This document shows, one piece after another, positions 17,249-26,681 of a stretch of 32,000 nucleotides of DNA. The notes beneath the pieces are model-generated. The model saw only the letters and a program-made list of their open reading frames with translations, was not told the DNA's origin and ran no database searches. The DNA is from Acholeplasma laidlawii PG-8A (GTDB lineage Bacteria; Bacillota_I; Bacilli_A; Acholeplasmatales; Acholeplasmataceae): positions 960,001-992,000 of the forward strand of contig NC_010163.1 in NCBI RefSeq assembly GCF_000018785.1, written 5' to 3'. Within the stretch, counting starts at the first letter, position 1. Each line of letters opens with the position of its first letter. The translations under genes were made by a program, and so were the position numbers.

Positions 17249-17275
17249 AAAAACACCTTGATTTAAGGTGTTTTT
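17249..17275 (-). terminator. rho-independent terminator after rpsU
   Basis: AAAAACACCTT-GATTT-AAGGTGTTTTT. On the minus strand the hairpin is followed by a run of T. Confidence 0.7.
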
Positions 17276-17289
17276 AAAGGAATTTTAGC

Positions 17290-17469
17290 TTATCTTTTTT
17301 TCTTCTTTGTTTTAGCTGCTTTAGCTTTCATACGACGATCAACGCCTGGTTTAATATAATATTCGCGTTTACGAGCCTCTACGAGAGTTCCATCTTTACT
17401 TACGGTGCGCTTAAAACGACGTAGTGTATCTTCTATCGTCTCACCTTTACGTACTTCTGTTTTAGACAT
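17290..17469 (-). CDS. rpsU: 30S ribosomal protein S21 (59 aa; below the ORF-track size cutoff)
   Basis: My translation is [60 protein letters not shown] strong SD (GGGAGGAGGG) lies 7 nt upstream of the ATG at 17469. Confidence 0.95.
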   Translation of the reverse strand: MSKTEVRKGETIEDTLRRFKRTVSKDGTLVEARKREYYIKPGVDRRMKAKAAKTKKKKR

Positions 17470-17513
17470 AATCTGCCCTCCTCCCGTTATGTTTGATTCA
17501 TCAAACCTTTATT

Positions 17514-17542
17514 ATTATAATGCATTTTTCTATAGATGTCAA
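17514..17542 (-). promoter_or_regulatory. consensus sigma-70 promoter for rpsU
   Basis: Minus strand: TTGACA (17537-17542), a 17-nt spacer, then TATAAT (17514-17519). The leader contains a small hairpin GTTTGA-TGAA-TCAAAC. Confidence 0.7.
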
Positions 17543-17549
17543 AAGGTTT

Positions 17550-18233
17550 TTAAATTTTTGTTAATAAACATGCATTTAGTATTGGAATGTGTGCTAATTC
17601 AGTAGGTAAAATGGATTGTCCTAAACTTACAGTGATTGCTCCACGCTCAACTAATGCGTTTCTTTCTGTTTCATCAATTCCACCTTCAGGACCAACAATG
17701 ACAATTAAGTCTTTATTACCATGATCTTTGATGAAATCCTTTATATTATAAACTCTTTCTAATTCATCTAGTAAAACAAGTTGTTTACCATCAGTGTTTA
17801 TATCTTTTAAATTTTCAAGTAATTGAATATGAGGTAAGGTACTTCTTTTGGATAGTTCTGCTGCCTCTTTTGCAATCTTATTTAATCTTGATAATTTGTG
17901 ATCAACGTTAGATAGTTTGGCAATACTTCTTTTCATAGCAACAAATATAATCGACTTTGCTTGAAAGAGTGTCGCATACTTTGTAACAGTATCCATCTTA
18001 TCACCTTTAGGTAGACCTTGAACAATAGTTACGTTAAGTGGTGGGTTATCATCTAATTTTTCTGTTGTTAAAAAACCCACTTCTTTATGTTGAATTTCTA
18101 GGGTAGCTAAGTAACATCCTGATATCCCACAAACCTCAACTACCGTACCAGACTTAAAACGCATCACGTTTAATATATGATGCACATCGTCTTTATCTAT
18201 TTTATTTTTATGATCTAAAAAATATCTTTGCAT
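17550..18233 (-). CDS. rsmE: 16S rRNA (uracil1498-N3)-methyltransferase RsmE
   Basis: N-terminal MQRYF, a PUA-like domain, and the SPOUT C-terminus IVGPEGGIDETE......G...VSLG..ILPTE.A. Confidence 0.85.
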   Translation of the reverse strand: MQRYFLDHKNKIDKDDVHHILNVMRFKSGTVVEVCGISGCYLATLEIQHKEVGFLTTEKLDDNPPLNVTIVQGLPKGDKMDTVTKYATLFQAKSIIFVAMKRSIAKLSNVDHKLSRLNKIAKEAAELSKRSTLPHIQLLENLKDINTDGKQLVLLDELERVYNIKDFIKDHGNKDLIVIVGPEGGIDETERNALVERGAITVSLGQSILPTELAHIPILNACLLTKI

Positions 18234-18256
18234 AATCTACCTTCTTAAATAAAAAT

Positions 18257-18278
18257 AGGTATTCCATTTGGAATACCT
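18257..18278 (-). terminator. hairpin/terminator after secG
   Basis: AGGTATTCCA-TT-TGGAATACCT forms a perfect 10-bp stem. The minus-strand tail is ATTTTTATTT. It sits only about 20 nt upstream of the rsmE start, so some read-through is probably needed. Confidence 0.55.
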
Positions 18279-18287
18279 AATTTATAA

Positions 18288-18524
18288 TTACATAAAGAAT
18301 CTATCGATATTGTTACTCCAAAGAATCATAGCAAAAAATAATATACTTATAATTAACATTGCTCTATTGAAGAACACATCAGGACCTTGTACTTTTTTAT
18401 TTCTGAATAATTCAGAATTATTACCTGTAAAAGCACTCATTACATCGTCTTTTGAACTTTGTAGTGCAGATATACCAATCATTAGTATACTTGCTATAAA
18501 TATTACCCAGTCTGGAAATTGCAT
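18288..18524 (-). CDS. secG: preprotein translocase subunit SecG
   Basis: A 78-aa protein with two TM helices flanking ALQSSKDD...FTGNNSELF.....QGPDVFFNRAM, matching the SecG pattern (LLQSSKg..lsgafgG..elFg....rG.e..l.r.T). Confidence 0.75.
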   Translation of the reverse strand: MQFPDWVIFIASILMIGISALQSSKDDVMSAFTGNNSELFRNKKVQGPDVFFNRAMLIISILFFAMILWSNNIDRFFM

Positions 18525-18554
18525 ATTACATACTCCTTTTAATAAACCCTAACT

Positions 18555-18584
18555 ATTATAACAAACTTAGAGCGCATATGTCAA
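18555..18584 (-). promoter_or_regulatory. promoter for secG with an extended -10
   Basis: Minus strand: TTGACA (18579-18584), an 18-nt spacer ending in TGT, then TATAAT (18555-18560). Confidence 0.6.
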
Positions 18585-18630
18585 TAAGCTTTTGTCCTAT
18601 AATTATAACACATTTCATACAAAAACAAAC

Positions 18631-19830
18631 TTATTTATTAAATATTTGTTCAATATCTTCTATCATCTTTAGCGTAGATTCTACACCACCCGGTAAGATA
18701 TACCAACTGATTGGATCTAATACATAAATATCACTGTTTTTACCTGCAGTTGTATTTTTTATGAGTGCATTATTCATGATTTGATCAAGTGCACCAGTTG
18801 AACCAATTGCAGCAGATCTATCCATTAAGAATATAATTTGAGGATTTACTTCTGAAACATATTCAAAACTTACTACATTACCATGTGTTTCAAGTGTTTG
18901 TAAGCCTGGATCACTTGGCATAAATTTAAATTCATTATATATAACACCATATCTTGAACCAGCACCAAATACAGATATTTGGTCTCCATTCACTTGTAAA
19001 AATAATGCATTTTGTCCATTGACTTTAGATTGTAGAGCACTTAACTTAGCATCAATTAAGTTTTGTTTGTTTGTAAGTTCTTCACTAATATTTGGAAAAA
19101 CTAGTTTAAGTGTATCCATCACTTCATTTAGTTTTCCAAAACTAAATGTTGAATTGGATACATCGATGATATCTGTATTAGGATACTTTTGTTTAAGTGA
19201 TGTATAAAGATTAGCACTTCTTCCACCAAGTATAATCAAGTCAGGCATCATAAGATCTAAAGTATCATAATTAGGTTCAAATAATGTACCAGTATTTGGA
19301 TATTTATTAGATTCAAATGCGCTAATCGATGCTGGTAAGTTAGATTTCGGTAAACCAAAGAATGTAATACCGGTCTTATCAAATCCTACAGATTGAAAAA
19401 TATCTACAACTTCTAATGCAAATGTTACAACCACTTTGGGATTGACATTCACTTTAGATAAAGTGACTTGTTTTTCATAAACCGGTTCATTTGAACTATT
19501 AAAACCTACTTGAATAGAGACTGTTTGTGTGATTGTAGTTAACCACTTAGCATAAAGTTTTGTGTCTTTTTTTACTGTATGTGTGTCAAAGTTCCACGGT
19601 TTGGTATATCTTGAATCTTCATACCATCCATCAAACTCATAATCTAAGTAGGTAGGCGCATCAGGTGCTTCTAGTTTACTACCGTATGCTACTTCATAGG
19701 TTTCAATAGGTGTATCTCCACTATCGATAAACTCAATTGTTTTGATACCACTGCCCCCAGATAAGGGGTTACAAGCTGTAAGTATCGTAATCATTACAAT
19801 AAGTAATGTGTTAATTATTAGTTTTTTCAT
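18631..19830 (-). CDS. lipoprotein: siderophore/heme-type ABC substrate-binding protein (YclQ/CeuE-like) with an N-terminal Listeria-Bacteroides (Flg_new) repeat
   Basis: Signal peptide with lipobox ILTAC. YEFDGWYEDSRYTKPWNFDTHTVKKDTKLYAKW is a Flg_new-type repeat. The rest matches cluster-A binding proteins (GLPKSNLP....NTGTLFEPNYDTLDLMMPDLIILGGRSA). Confidence 0.85.
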   Translation of the reverse strand: MKKLIINTLLIVMITILTACNPLSGGSGIKTIEFIDSGDTPIETYEVAYGSKLEAPDAPTYLDYEFDGWYEDSRYTKPWNFDTHTVKKDTKLYAKWLTTITQTVSIQVGFNSSNEPVYEKQVTLSKVNVNPKVVVTFALEVVDIFQSVGFDKTGITFFGLPKSNLPASISAFESNKYPNTGTLFEPNYDTLDLMMPDLIILGGRSANLYTSLKQKYPNTDIIDVSNSTFSFGKLNEVMDTLKLVFPNISEELTNKQNLIDAKLSALQSKVNGQNALFLQVNGDQISVFGAGSRYGVIYNEFKFMPSDPGLQTLETHGNVVSFEYVSEVNPQIIFLMDRSAAIGSTGALDQIMNNALIKNTTAGKNSDIYVLDPISWYILPGGVESTLKMIEDIEQIFNK

Positions 19831-20621
19831 ATTTTTTCACTTTCGCCTTCATTAAAAATGACTTCATTTTTGTGGTAAATACATATACGTTTACCATCTA
19901 CTTCTCTTATACAGAAATTAGAATCATAAATACTATTTAAAGTTTTTTCTACCATCAGGTTTTCTGATGGACCTTCAAAATAGATTTCACCATCTTTAAT
20001 TGCAACTACATGTTCACAAAATGTAGATGCAATATTAATGTCATGCATGACTACTACAATTGTTTTACCTAATTCATCAACAAACTTTTGTAGTAACAAC
20101 ATCATCTCAACACCATGTTTCATATCTAGGTTATTAAGTGGTTCATCTAACATAATATATTTAGTATCTTGTACCAAGACCATGGCGAGTAATACACGTT
20201 GTAGTTGACCACCACTTAAGGTATCAATATGTTGATCTTTTATTTCTTCTAAACTTAAATAAGAAATCATTTGATCAATCATCTTTTTATCTTCTTTAGT
20301 GATTTTACCTTTAGAATGCGGATATCTACCAAAGGAGATCAGTTCATAACTTGTAAGTTTTAAATTAAAGTGATTTGCTTGTTTAAGTACAGCTATTTGT
20401 TTTGATAAATTCATTTTACTGTCTAAGATATCCACACCATCTATTTGAATTTTTCCAGATTTAGATTGGATAACTCTACTAATGACATTAAAAAGTGTAG
20501 TTTTACCAGCACCATTTGGTCCAATAATCCCTGTTATTTTGCCTTCAGGAATGGTAAGACTAATATTTTTTAAGACTTCTTTATTACCATAGCTTTGGTG
20601 AATGTTTTCTAATATAATCAT
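19827..20621 (-). CDS. iron-siderophore/heme ABC transporter ATP-binding protein (YclP/FepC-like)
   Basis: Walker A GPNGAGKTT, signature LSGGQLQR, Walker B IMLDEPLNNLD, H-loop VMHD. Confidence 0.9.
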   Translation of the reverse strand: MIILENIHQSYGNKEVLKNISLTIPEGKITGIIGPNGAGKTTLFNVISRVIQSKSGKIQIDGVDILDSKMNLSKQIAVLKQANHFNLKLTSYELISFGRYPHSKGKITKEDKKMIDQMISYLSLEEIKDQHIDTLSGGQLQRVLLAMVLVQDTKYIMLDEPLNNLDMKHGVEMMLLLQKFVDELGKTIVVVMHDINIASTFCEHVVAIKDGEIYFEGPSENLMVEKTLNSIYDSNFCIREVDGKRICIYHKNEVIFNEGESEKI

Positions 20622-21613
20622 ATTTTATGCTCCTTTATGATGAGATAAATCATGTAGATACCACCAAATAAACTAATGAAGGTGGTGACCACTGTTTTAA
20701 AGCCGATTAATTCTACGATCGATTGACCTAGAATTAATACAACAACTGCAATTAAACTAGATAAGATAAATATATGTTTATGGTGATATTTATCATAAAG
20801 TTCTTTAGCTATATTTACAGCGATGAGTCCTAAAAATGATAACGGACCAACAAGTGCTGTTGTAAGTGCAATGGCGATAGAGATAAATATTAAATCAATA
20901 TGTGTTTGCCTTTTATAATCAATACCTAAATTCATCGCATGACTCATACCTAGTGCCATGACATCATATACATAAGTTTTACTATAAAAGTAAATTGTAG
21001 TAGCTACTGCAACCGGTAGTGCAATGAGTGTCAAAGTTGAATTAATATTGACAACAGATACATTGGTTAAACTTGTAATCACTTGAAACTCTGTAGGATT
21101 CATAAGTATTTGCAAGAATGATGCATAGTTTGAGGCAAGTGTTGAAATGACCATACCAACTAATAGTAATAATAAAATATTGTTTCTGTGTTTTCTTAAA
21201 ATCGTTTTGTACATTAAAAGTGTTATGCCAACCATGAGTAAGACTGTAATCAAAAAATTAAGTATAGGGTTTACTACAAATTTTGACATACTTGCAAAAT
21301 ACACAAGTGTTGTTTGTGTGACTACAAAGATACTATCAAACCCTAATAAACTTGGTGTAATAATTCTATTTTGTGTTAGTGTTTGAAATACAGTAGTGGC
21401 TAAAGAAATAAGTATTGCTGCAATTAAAAGGGCAACAATTTGAACAGATCTTCTTTGAAAGATGGTGAGCATTGTTTTTAAAAATAAGGGTGCTCTATCT
21501 GGATCATTTAAACTAAAAACAATGACATCATATTGAGAAACCATCCAAACACTTAAATATAGCAAGATAGCTACAAGGGTAACCATAACCCAAAATTTAT
21601 ATGTTTTAAGCAT
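20618..21613 (-). CDS. FecCD-family ABC permease (YclO-like)
   Basis: A polytopic membrane protein of about 330 aa in permease-permease-ATPase-SBP order. It has FecCD-like segments (ITPSLLGFDS, GPLSFLGLIAVNIA). Confidence 0.88.
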   Translation of the reverse strand: MLKTYKFWVMVTLVAILLYLSVWMVSQYDVIVFSLNDPDRAPLFLKTMLTIFQRRSVQIVALLIAAILISLATTVFQTLTQNRIITPSLLGFDSIFVVTQTTLVYFASMSKFVVNPILNFLITVLLMVGITLLMYKTILRKHRNNILLLLLVGMVISTLASNYASFLQILMNPTEFQVITSLTNVSVVNINSTLTLIALPVAVATTIYFYSKTYVYDVMALGMSHAMNLGIDYKRQTHIDLIFISIAIALTTALVGPLSFLGLIAVNIAKELYDKYHHKHIFILSSLIAVVVLILGQSIVELIGFKTVVTTFISLFGGIYMIYLIIKEHKI

Positions 21614-22583
21614 GTTTTGTCTTCCTTAATAGTAGATATAAGAAAATCACGGAACCAACAATACCCATTACAAAACCTACAGCTATTTCAAAGTTATATC
21701 CTGTAAGTATAAATAAAACTATACGGGCTAAAATGTCACAAACTAAGACAAAGATACTTCCAAAAATCATTAAATCAAAGATACTTTTCTTTAAGTGATC
21801 TCTGTAGTATAAAGATACTAAATTAGGGATAATCAAACCTAAGAAAGGTAGTGGACCAACTACAATAAATGTGGATGCTGTAATGACTGCAACAATAATG
21901 ATGCCTAAAGTAATCACTTTATTGTAGTTAACACCTAAGTTATTCGCAAAATCCTTACCTAAAGAGACTATATTAAACTCACTTGCGTAAATAATTGCTA
22001 CAAGAAGTGCTGGAACAACAAAATAAACCATCTCATAAGTGCCAATGGTTTTATTGGTAAAACTACCAACGCCAATACTATTTAAGAATTGAAGTGTGTT
22101 CGTTGACTGTGCTACAACAATAGAAAAGGAACTAATTAAAGCACCAAACATCATGCCTATTAAGGGCACATAAACTTCGTTTTTAAACTGTATTTTGCTT
22201 AAGAATGTAATAAATATTAAACTTGCTATAAGTGATGTTACAAATGAAAAAATAAACTGTACCCATAGTGCTAAACCAGGGAAAAATAGGTATGCTACTA
22301 ATACACCTAGCGTAGCTGCTTGGGTTGTTCCAATAACTCCAGGGGAAACAAATTTATTCTTTGCAACTGATTGCATAATTAAACCTGCAACACTTAATGC
22401 TGATGCACTTAAAATAATTGTTAAAGTTCTAGGTATTCTAGAAATGAGTAAAATTTCAATGGTTTCAGGTGTGAATTTAAACAAAGTCCATAAGTTCACA
22501 TCTTTTCTTGCATCAATACTTAAAGATAATACAATCAATATAATTAAGACAAATACACTTACTGTACGTCTTAGCTTAATCAT
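21606..22583 (-). CDS. FecCD-family ABC permease (YclN-like)
   Basis: A polytopic membrane protein with FecCD-like segments (VSPGVIGTTQAA, GPLPFLGLIIPNL). It overlaps both neighbouring genes. Confidence 0.88.
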   Translation of the reverse strand: MIKLRRTVSVFVLIILIVLSLSIDARKDVNLWTLFKFTPETIEILLISRIPRTLTIILSASALSVAGLIMQSVAKNKFVSPGVIGTTQAATLGVLVAYLFFPGLALWVQFIFSFVTSLIASLIFITFLSKIQFKNEVYVPLIGMMFGALISSFSIVVAQSTNTLQFLNSIGVGSFTNKTIGTYEMVYFVVPALLVAIIYASEFNIVSLGKDFANNLGVNYNKVITLGIIIVAVITASTFIVVGPLPFLGLIIPNLVSLYYRDHLKKSIFDLMIFGSIFVLVCDILARIVLFILTGYNFEIAVGFVMGIVGSVIFLYLLLRKTKHA

Positions 22584-22903
22584 ATTTCCGCTACAACCTC
22601 GTAGGTTTCACGAGCTACTTCAAGTATCTCTTCTGGTCTTTCATGACCTGCTTCTTTTTTAGCTTTATGCATCGCTATATGCTCAGGAGAGCCCTCCCAA
22701 ACAAAAAAAGCGCGTTTATCTTTCCAATAAATCTCTTGCCTAAACAAGTCATAATCCTTATGTTTACTATCTAACAATAAAAAAGATTTCACATAACCTT
22801 CGGACTTAGACATTAGGTTTCGTTCGCTAAAGCGCTTAACGACATCTTCCTGGTGACCTTTTTTCACCTTCATGGTACGTACAACTACATACATAATATT
22901 CAA
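22580..22903 (-). CDS. ABM-domain (antibiotic biosynthesis monooxygenase fold) protein, possible IsdG/HmoA-like heme-degrading enzyme
   Basis: About 105 aa with the ferredoxin-like ABM pattern (VVRTMKVKKG....V..RF ... W.DK.AF..W..S..H...H). It is the first gene of the iron ABC operon. The track start at 22903 is TTG; the ATG at 22894 with an AGGA SD is more likely. Confidence 0.65.
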   Translation of the reverse strand: MNIMYVVVRTMKVKKGHQEDVVKRFSERNLMSKSEGYVKSFLLLDSKHKDYDLFRQEIYWKDKRAFFVWEGSPEHIAMHKAKKEAGHERPEEILEVARETYEVVAEI

Positions 22904-23064
22904 TTTCCTTTCGTTCTACAAGTGTTCTTATTTAAGTATATAATAAATCGGTAATTGAATCAATCGTTTTTATTTATAATGTTTATAAATACCACAATAT
23001 GTAAATATAATCGAAGTAATTGTTTAAATTATAAAACTAGTGTATAATCTCTACAGGTGAAATT

Positions 23065-23661
23065 ATGGAAATCATTGGATTAAAGTTGGGAGAAGCTCGA
23101 TCGAATGCGTATGTAGTTTCAGAAAATAAACAGTGTTTTATTATTGACCCAGGTTACGAGGGTTCTGAAATTATCGAATACATCAAGTCAAGAAAGCTTG
23201 ACCCACAATTTATTTACATTACACACGGTCATCATGATCATACCGGCGGTGTAAAACAATTAAAGGAACATTATCATATCCCAGTGTATGCGCCACTAAA
23301 GGATAAAGTTTGGATGACAGATACTGTCTACAACTATTTTGCATACGAAATACCTGTGGACCAATATGTAGTTGAAGGCGATAAAATAGATTTTGGTCGC
23401 CACGTTTTTAAAGTTATCGAAACACCAGGTCACTCAGAAGGTTCTACTGCTTTATATAATGAACCATTTCTATTTTGTGGTGATACGTTATTTTTCGAAT
23501 CTATCGGACGTACAAATATACCCTTTGGTGATGAAGAAGTTTTAATGGATACCATTAGAACTAAACTACTAACCTTGCCTGATAAAACAGTTGTTTATCC
23601 AGGTCATGGTAAACCAACTACTATAGGATATGAAAAGGAAAATAATCCCTTCCTAAAATGA
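23065..23661 (+). CDS. MBL-fold metallo-hydrolase (glyoxalase II/YqgX-like)
   Basis: ITHGHHDHTGG (the HxHxDH motif), then TPGHSEGS, CGDTLF and YPGHG. Confidence 0.85.
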   Translation: MEIIGLKLGEARSNAYVVSENKQCFIIDPGYEGSEIIEYIKSRKLDPQFIYITHGHHDHTGGVKQLKEHYHIPVYAPLKDKVWMTDTVYNYFAYEIPVDQYVVEGDKIDFGRHVFKVIETPGHSEGSTALYNEPFLFCGDTLFFESIGRTNIPFGDEEVLMDTIRTKLLTLPDKTVVYPGHGKPTTIGYEKENNPFLK

Positions 23662-23692
23662 AAACAGATGCGTTGATAGCATCTGTTTTTTT
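23662..23692. terminator. bidirectional terminator between convergent genes
   Basis: AAACAGATGC-GTTGATA-GCATCTGTTT followed by TTTT. It is flanked by A-rich and T-rich runs on both sides. Confidence 0.65.
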
Positions 23693-25178
23693 AACTTGAA
23701 AACTTTCTTTTTAAGTATTCTATATAATATTTTGAATTAAATGGCTCTCCAGTTGCAAGTAACATCAACTCTTTGGGTGACTTACTTTGACCATATTGAT
23801 GAATATGTTCTTTTAACCATGCATTGATTTTTTCAATTTTATTATCAGAAATCGCATTTTCAACATTAAAATCTTTATTCATTGCATAATAAATTTGAGC
23901 CGCATACGCACTACCTAGCGCATAGGTTGGAAAATACCCAAAAGAACCTGCAGCCCAGTGTATATCTTGTAAAACACCATCTTTATCATCTTTAGGACGT
24001 ACACCAACGTATTGTTGGTAGAGTCTCTTCCATCGTTTAGCGACATCTTTTGCTTTGAGTTTACCGCTAATCAGTAATTTTTCAATTTCATAACGCACCA
24101 TGATGTGAAGTGGATAGGTCAGTTCATCAGCTTCCGTTCGTACAAGTGATCTTTCTGCACGGTTAATATATTGATAGAATTCTAGTAGTGTAACATTCTT
24201 AAGTTCTTTATCAAATATTTCTTTTAAGTGATCAAAGTGTGCTTCCCAAAATGCATAGGAACGGCCAATCATATTCTCATACATTCTTGATTGAGATTCA
24301 TGAATACCCATTGAACTACCTGTGGCAAGATTCGTATCTTTTAATTCTGGATTGATGTTTTGTTCATAGATTCCATGTCCCATTTCATGAATTGTTGAGA
24401 ATATTGCTGATTCAATGGAGTTTTCGATGTATCTAGTCGTAATTCTTACATCAAAACTTGAGAAGTTTGATGTAAATGGGTGTGCACTTGTTCGAAGCAC
24501 ACCATGTGTTAAATCAAATTTAAACACATCAGTTAGATACATGTTGAATTGTTTTTGTTTATATAAAGGAAATAGGTTTTTAGTTAATTTTCTAGATAAC
24601 GGCTTTTTACCACTGGTTGCTGTTAAAACAAATGGTACAAGTTCATTTCTTAAATCTTCAAAAAATACATCATATTCCTTTGTTGTCATGCCTTCTTCAT
24701 ATAAATCAAGTAAGACATCGTAACCTTTAAGTTCAGGAGTTTGTAGGTAACGTACTATTTTTCTTTGGTATGCCACTATTTTTTCTAGTATGGGTAAAAA
24801 CATTTCAAAATCATCGTTTTCTCTAGCTTTCGACCAAATTGAAGTAGATTTAGATAATAATACTTGATAATCTATATATTCTTCTTTCGGCATCTTCTTG
24901 ATTAAACGAAGTTCTTTTTGTACTTTTTTTATTTCTCTTTTTAGTAAATCATCGAGTTTATCAATATTTTCATATAGATAATCTATTGCTTTATTATATT
25001 TTTTATCAGTTTCTAAAGCATAGATTTCATTACTTAAGACTTCAATTTGTTCGGCTCTATAATCTACAGCGCCCGTGGGGTGATCTGTTTCTAAATCCCA
25101 CTCTAAAACCCACATCGCATAACCATATGCATTGAGGCGTTTACGCATGTTTTTGTAGGTATCTATATACGTTTGCAT
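23691..25178 (-). CDS. carboxypeptidase M32 (Taq-type metallocarboxypeptidase)
   Basis: HEMGHGIYE (HExxH), HESQSRMYEN, IRTEADELTYPLH-like (VRTEADELTYPLHI), DIHWA.G.FGYFPTYALG. Confidence 0.9.
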   Translation of the reverse strand: MQTYIDTYKNMRKRLNAYGYAMWVLEWDLETDHPTGAVDYRAEQIEVLSNEIYALETDKKYNKAIDYLYENIDKLDDLLKREIKKVQKELRLIKKMPKEEYIDYQVLLSKSTSIWSKARENDDFEMFLPILEKIVAYQRKIVRYLQTPELKGYDVLLDLYEEGMTTKEYDVFFEDLRNELVPFVLTATSGKKPLSRKLTKNLFPLYKQKQFNMYLTDVFKFDLTHGVLRTSAHPFTSNFSSFDVRITTRYIENSIESAIFSTIHEMGHGIYEQNINPELKDTNLATGSSMGIHESQSRMYENMIGRSYAFWEAHFDHLKEIFDKELKNVTLLEFYQYINRAERSLVRTEADELTYPLHIMVRYEIEKLLISGKLKAKDVAKRWKRLYQQYVGVRPKDDKDGVLQDIHWAAGSFGYFPTYALGSAYAAQIYYAMNKDFNVENAISDNKIEKINAWLKEHIHQYGQSKSPKELMLLATGEPFNSKYYIEYLKRKFSS

Positions 25179-25298
25179 AGTGTACTCCTTTAGGTATTTA
25201 ATTCTTTTTTATTATAGCATTAATATGTTGTTTTATCGTCTTTTTGTACAATTATTCTACTAAAACTCCATAGAAAGCGTTTCCAAATGGATAAATAT

Positions 25299-25325
25299 AA
25301 AACACTTATATTGAATAAGTGTTTT
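25299..25325 (-). terminator. rho-independent terminator after zwf
   Basis: AAAACACTTAT-ATTGA-ATAAGTGTTTT forms an 11-bp stem with an AT-rich, T-containing tail on the minus strand. Confidence 0.6.
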
Positions 25326-25331
25326 ATATTT

Positions 25332-26681
25332 TTATTTTTTATGAATATGACTCATGATATCTTTTTCATCTTCATAGACAATTACACAGTTCGTACACTT
25401 TTTGATTTGATCGATGAAATGCCAACTTGCATCAATTTCATCCCATCTCGTAAATAGTGTCTTATGTCCGGTAACAATATCTAAAATGAGTTTTTCATAG
25501 GCTTCTGGAATATTCCCTTCAACGGATTCTGAGGTGTTAAAGGATAGTGTAACTTCTTCTAAATTTTCTTTTAATCCAGGTTTTTTAGAGTTTATATTAA
25601 GTGCTACACCATCATTTGGTTGAATATGAATTGTTAGTTTATTTGGTAAAATATCTAAATGCCAGTTTTCTTGTTCATCAGTTGGGTAATAAAGTATTTC
25701 AATATAAGATTCTTTTTTAGCCAACTTCTTACCAGTTAATATTTCAAATGGAATACCTCTAAAACGTGGTGTATTCACATACGTTTTAAAGTAGACAAAT
25801 GTTTCTGTATTAGAGTCACTTGGAATATTTTCTTCATCCAAATAGCCCTTATATTGACCAAATACGACACTTTCTTGATCAATTTCAAGACTTCTTAAGA
25901 CTTTTACTTTTTCATCTTTAATGTAATCTGATTGATATTTTTTAGGTGCATCCATTGCAACTAAGGATAATATTTGTAGAAGGTGAGATTGAACCATATC
26001 CTTTAAGGCACCAGATGTATCATAATATCCAGCTCTTGATAGGATACATTCCTCTTCTTTTACATGGATTTTAACGGACTGAATAGATTTAGAATCCCAA
26101 GTATCTTTTAATATTCTATTAGCAAACCTAACAGTCATTAGATTTTGAATCATCTCTTTACCTAAGTAATGATCAATTCTAAATATTTGAGATTCATCAA
26201 AGTAGTTCCATAACATATCATTAACTGCCATTGCTGAATCTAAATCATGTCCAAATGGTTTTTCAAATACTAAGACTTGGTTTGGATTTTTATATTCTAT
26301 CAGCTTCGATTGAGATACGTTTTTAGACACAGTTTTTAATATTTCAGGACCTATTGCCATATAATAAATTTCTTTAGTATCTGGTTTTAACATCGGCTCA
26401 ATAAATTTTTGAAGGTTTACATAGTCTTGAGGTTCGGTGATTTGTATTTCATAATACGTTAAAATCTTATTTAAAGTCACCATATCTAACTTTTTAGTTG
26501 TGTGCTTTTGAATGTATTCTAAATAAGCTTTTGTATCAAAATCACGACGGCCTAGTGCAATGACTTGTAGGTTTTGTGTAATATTATTTGAGTTATATAG
26601 TGCAGTAATTGCAGGTAATAACTTTCTTGCAGTTAAGTCACCTGTAGAACCAAATATAACAATAATTAAGTCTTTTTTCAT
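25332..26681 (-). CDS. zwf: glucose-6-phosphate 1-dehydrogenase
   Basis: NADP site IFGSTGDLTARKL, active-site motif RIDHYLGKE, and EKPFGHDL. Confidence 0.95.
   Translation of the reverse strand: MKKDLIIVIFGSTGDLTARKLLPAITALYNSNNITQNLQVIALGRRDFDTKAYLEYIQKHTTKKLDMVTLNKILTYYEIQITEPQDYVNLQKFIEPMLKPDTKEIYYMAIGPEILKTVSKNVSQSKLIEYKNPNQVLVFEKPFGHDLDSAMAVNDMLWNYFDESQIFRIDHYLGKEMIQNLMTVRFANRILKDTWDSKSIQSVKIHVKEEECILSRAGYYDTSGALKDMVQSHLLQILSLVAMDAPKKYQSDYIKDEKVKVLRSLEIDQESVVFGQYKGYLDEENIPSDSNTETFVYFKTYVNTPRFRGIPFEILTGKKLAKKESYIEILYYPTDEQENWHLDILPNKLTIHIQPNDGVALNINSKKPGLKENLEEVTLSFNTSESVEGNIPEAYEKLILDIVTGHKTLFTRWDEIDASWHFIDQIKKCTNCVIVYEDEKDIMSHIHKK

Noticed and set aside
22951-22966. Fur-box-like imperfect palindrome (GTAATTGAATCAATCG) upstream of the iron ABC operon.
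   Set aside because: Only 5 of 7 positions per half-site are symmetric, similarity to the GATAATGATAATCATTATC consensus is weak, and such AT-rich near-palindromes are common in this sequence.
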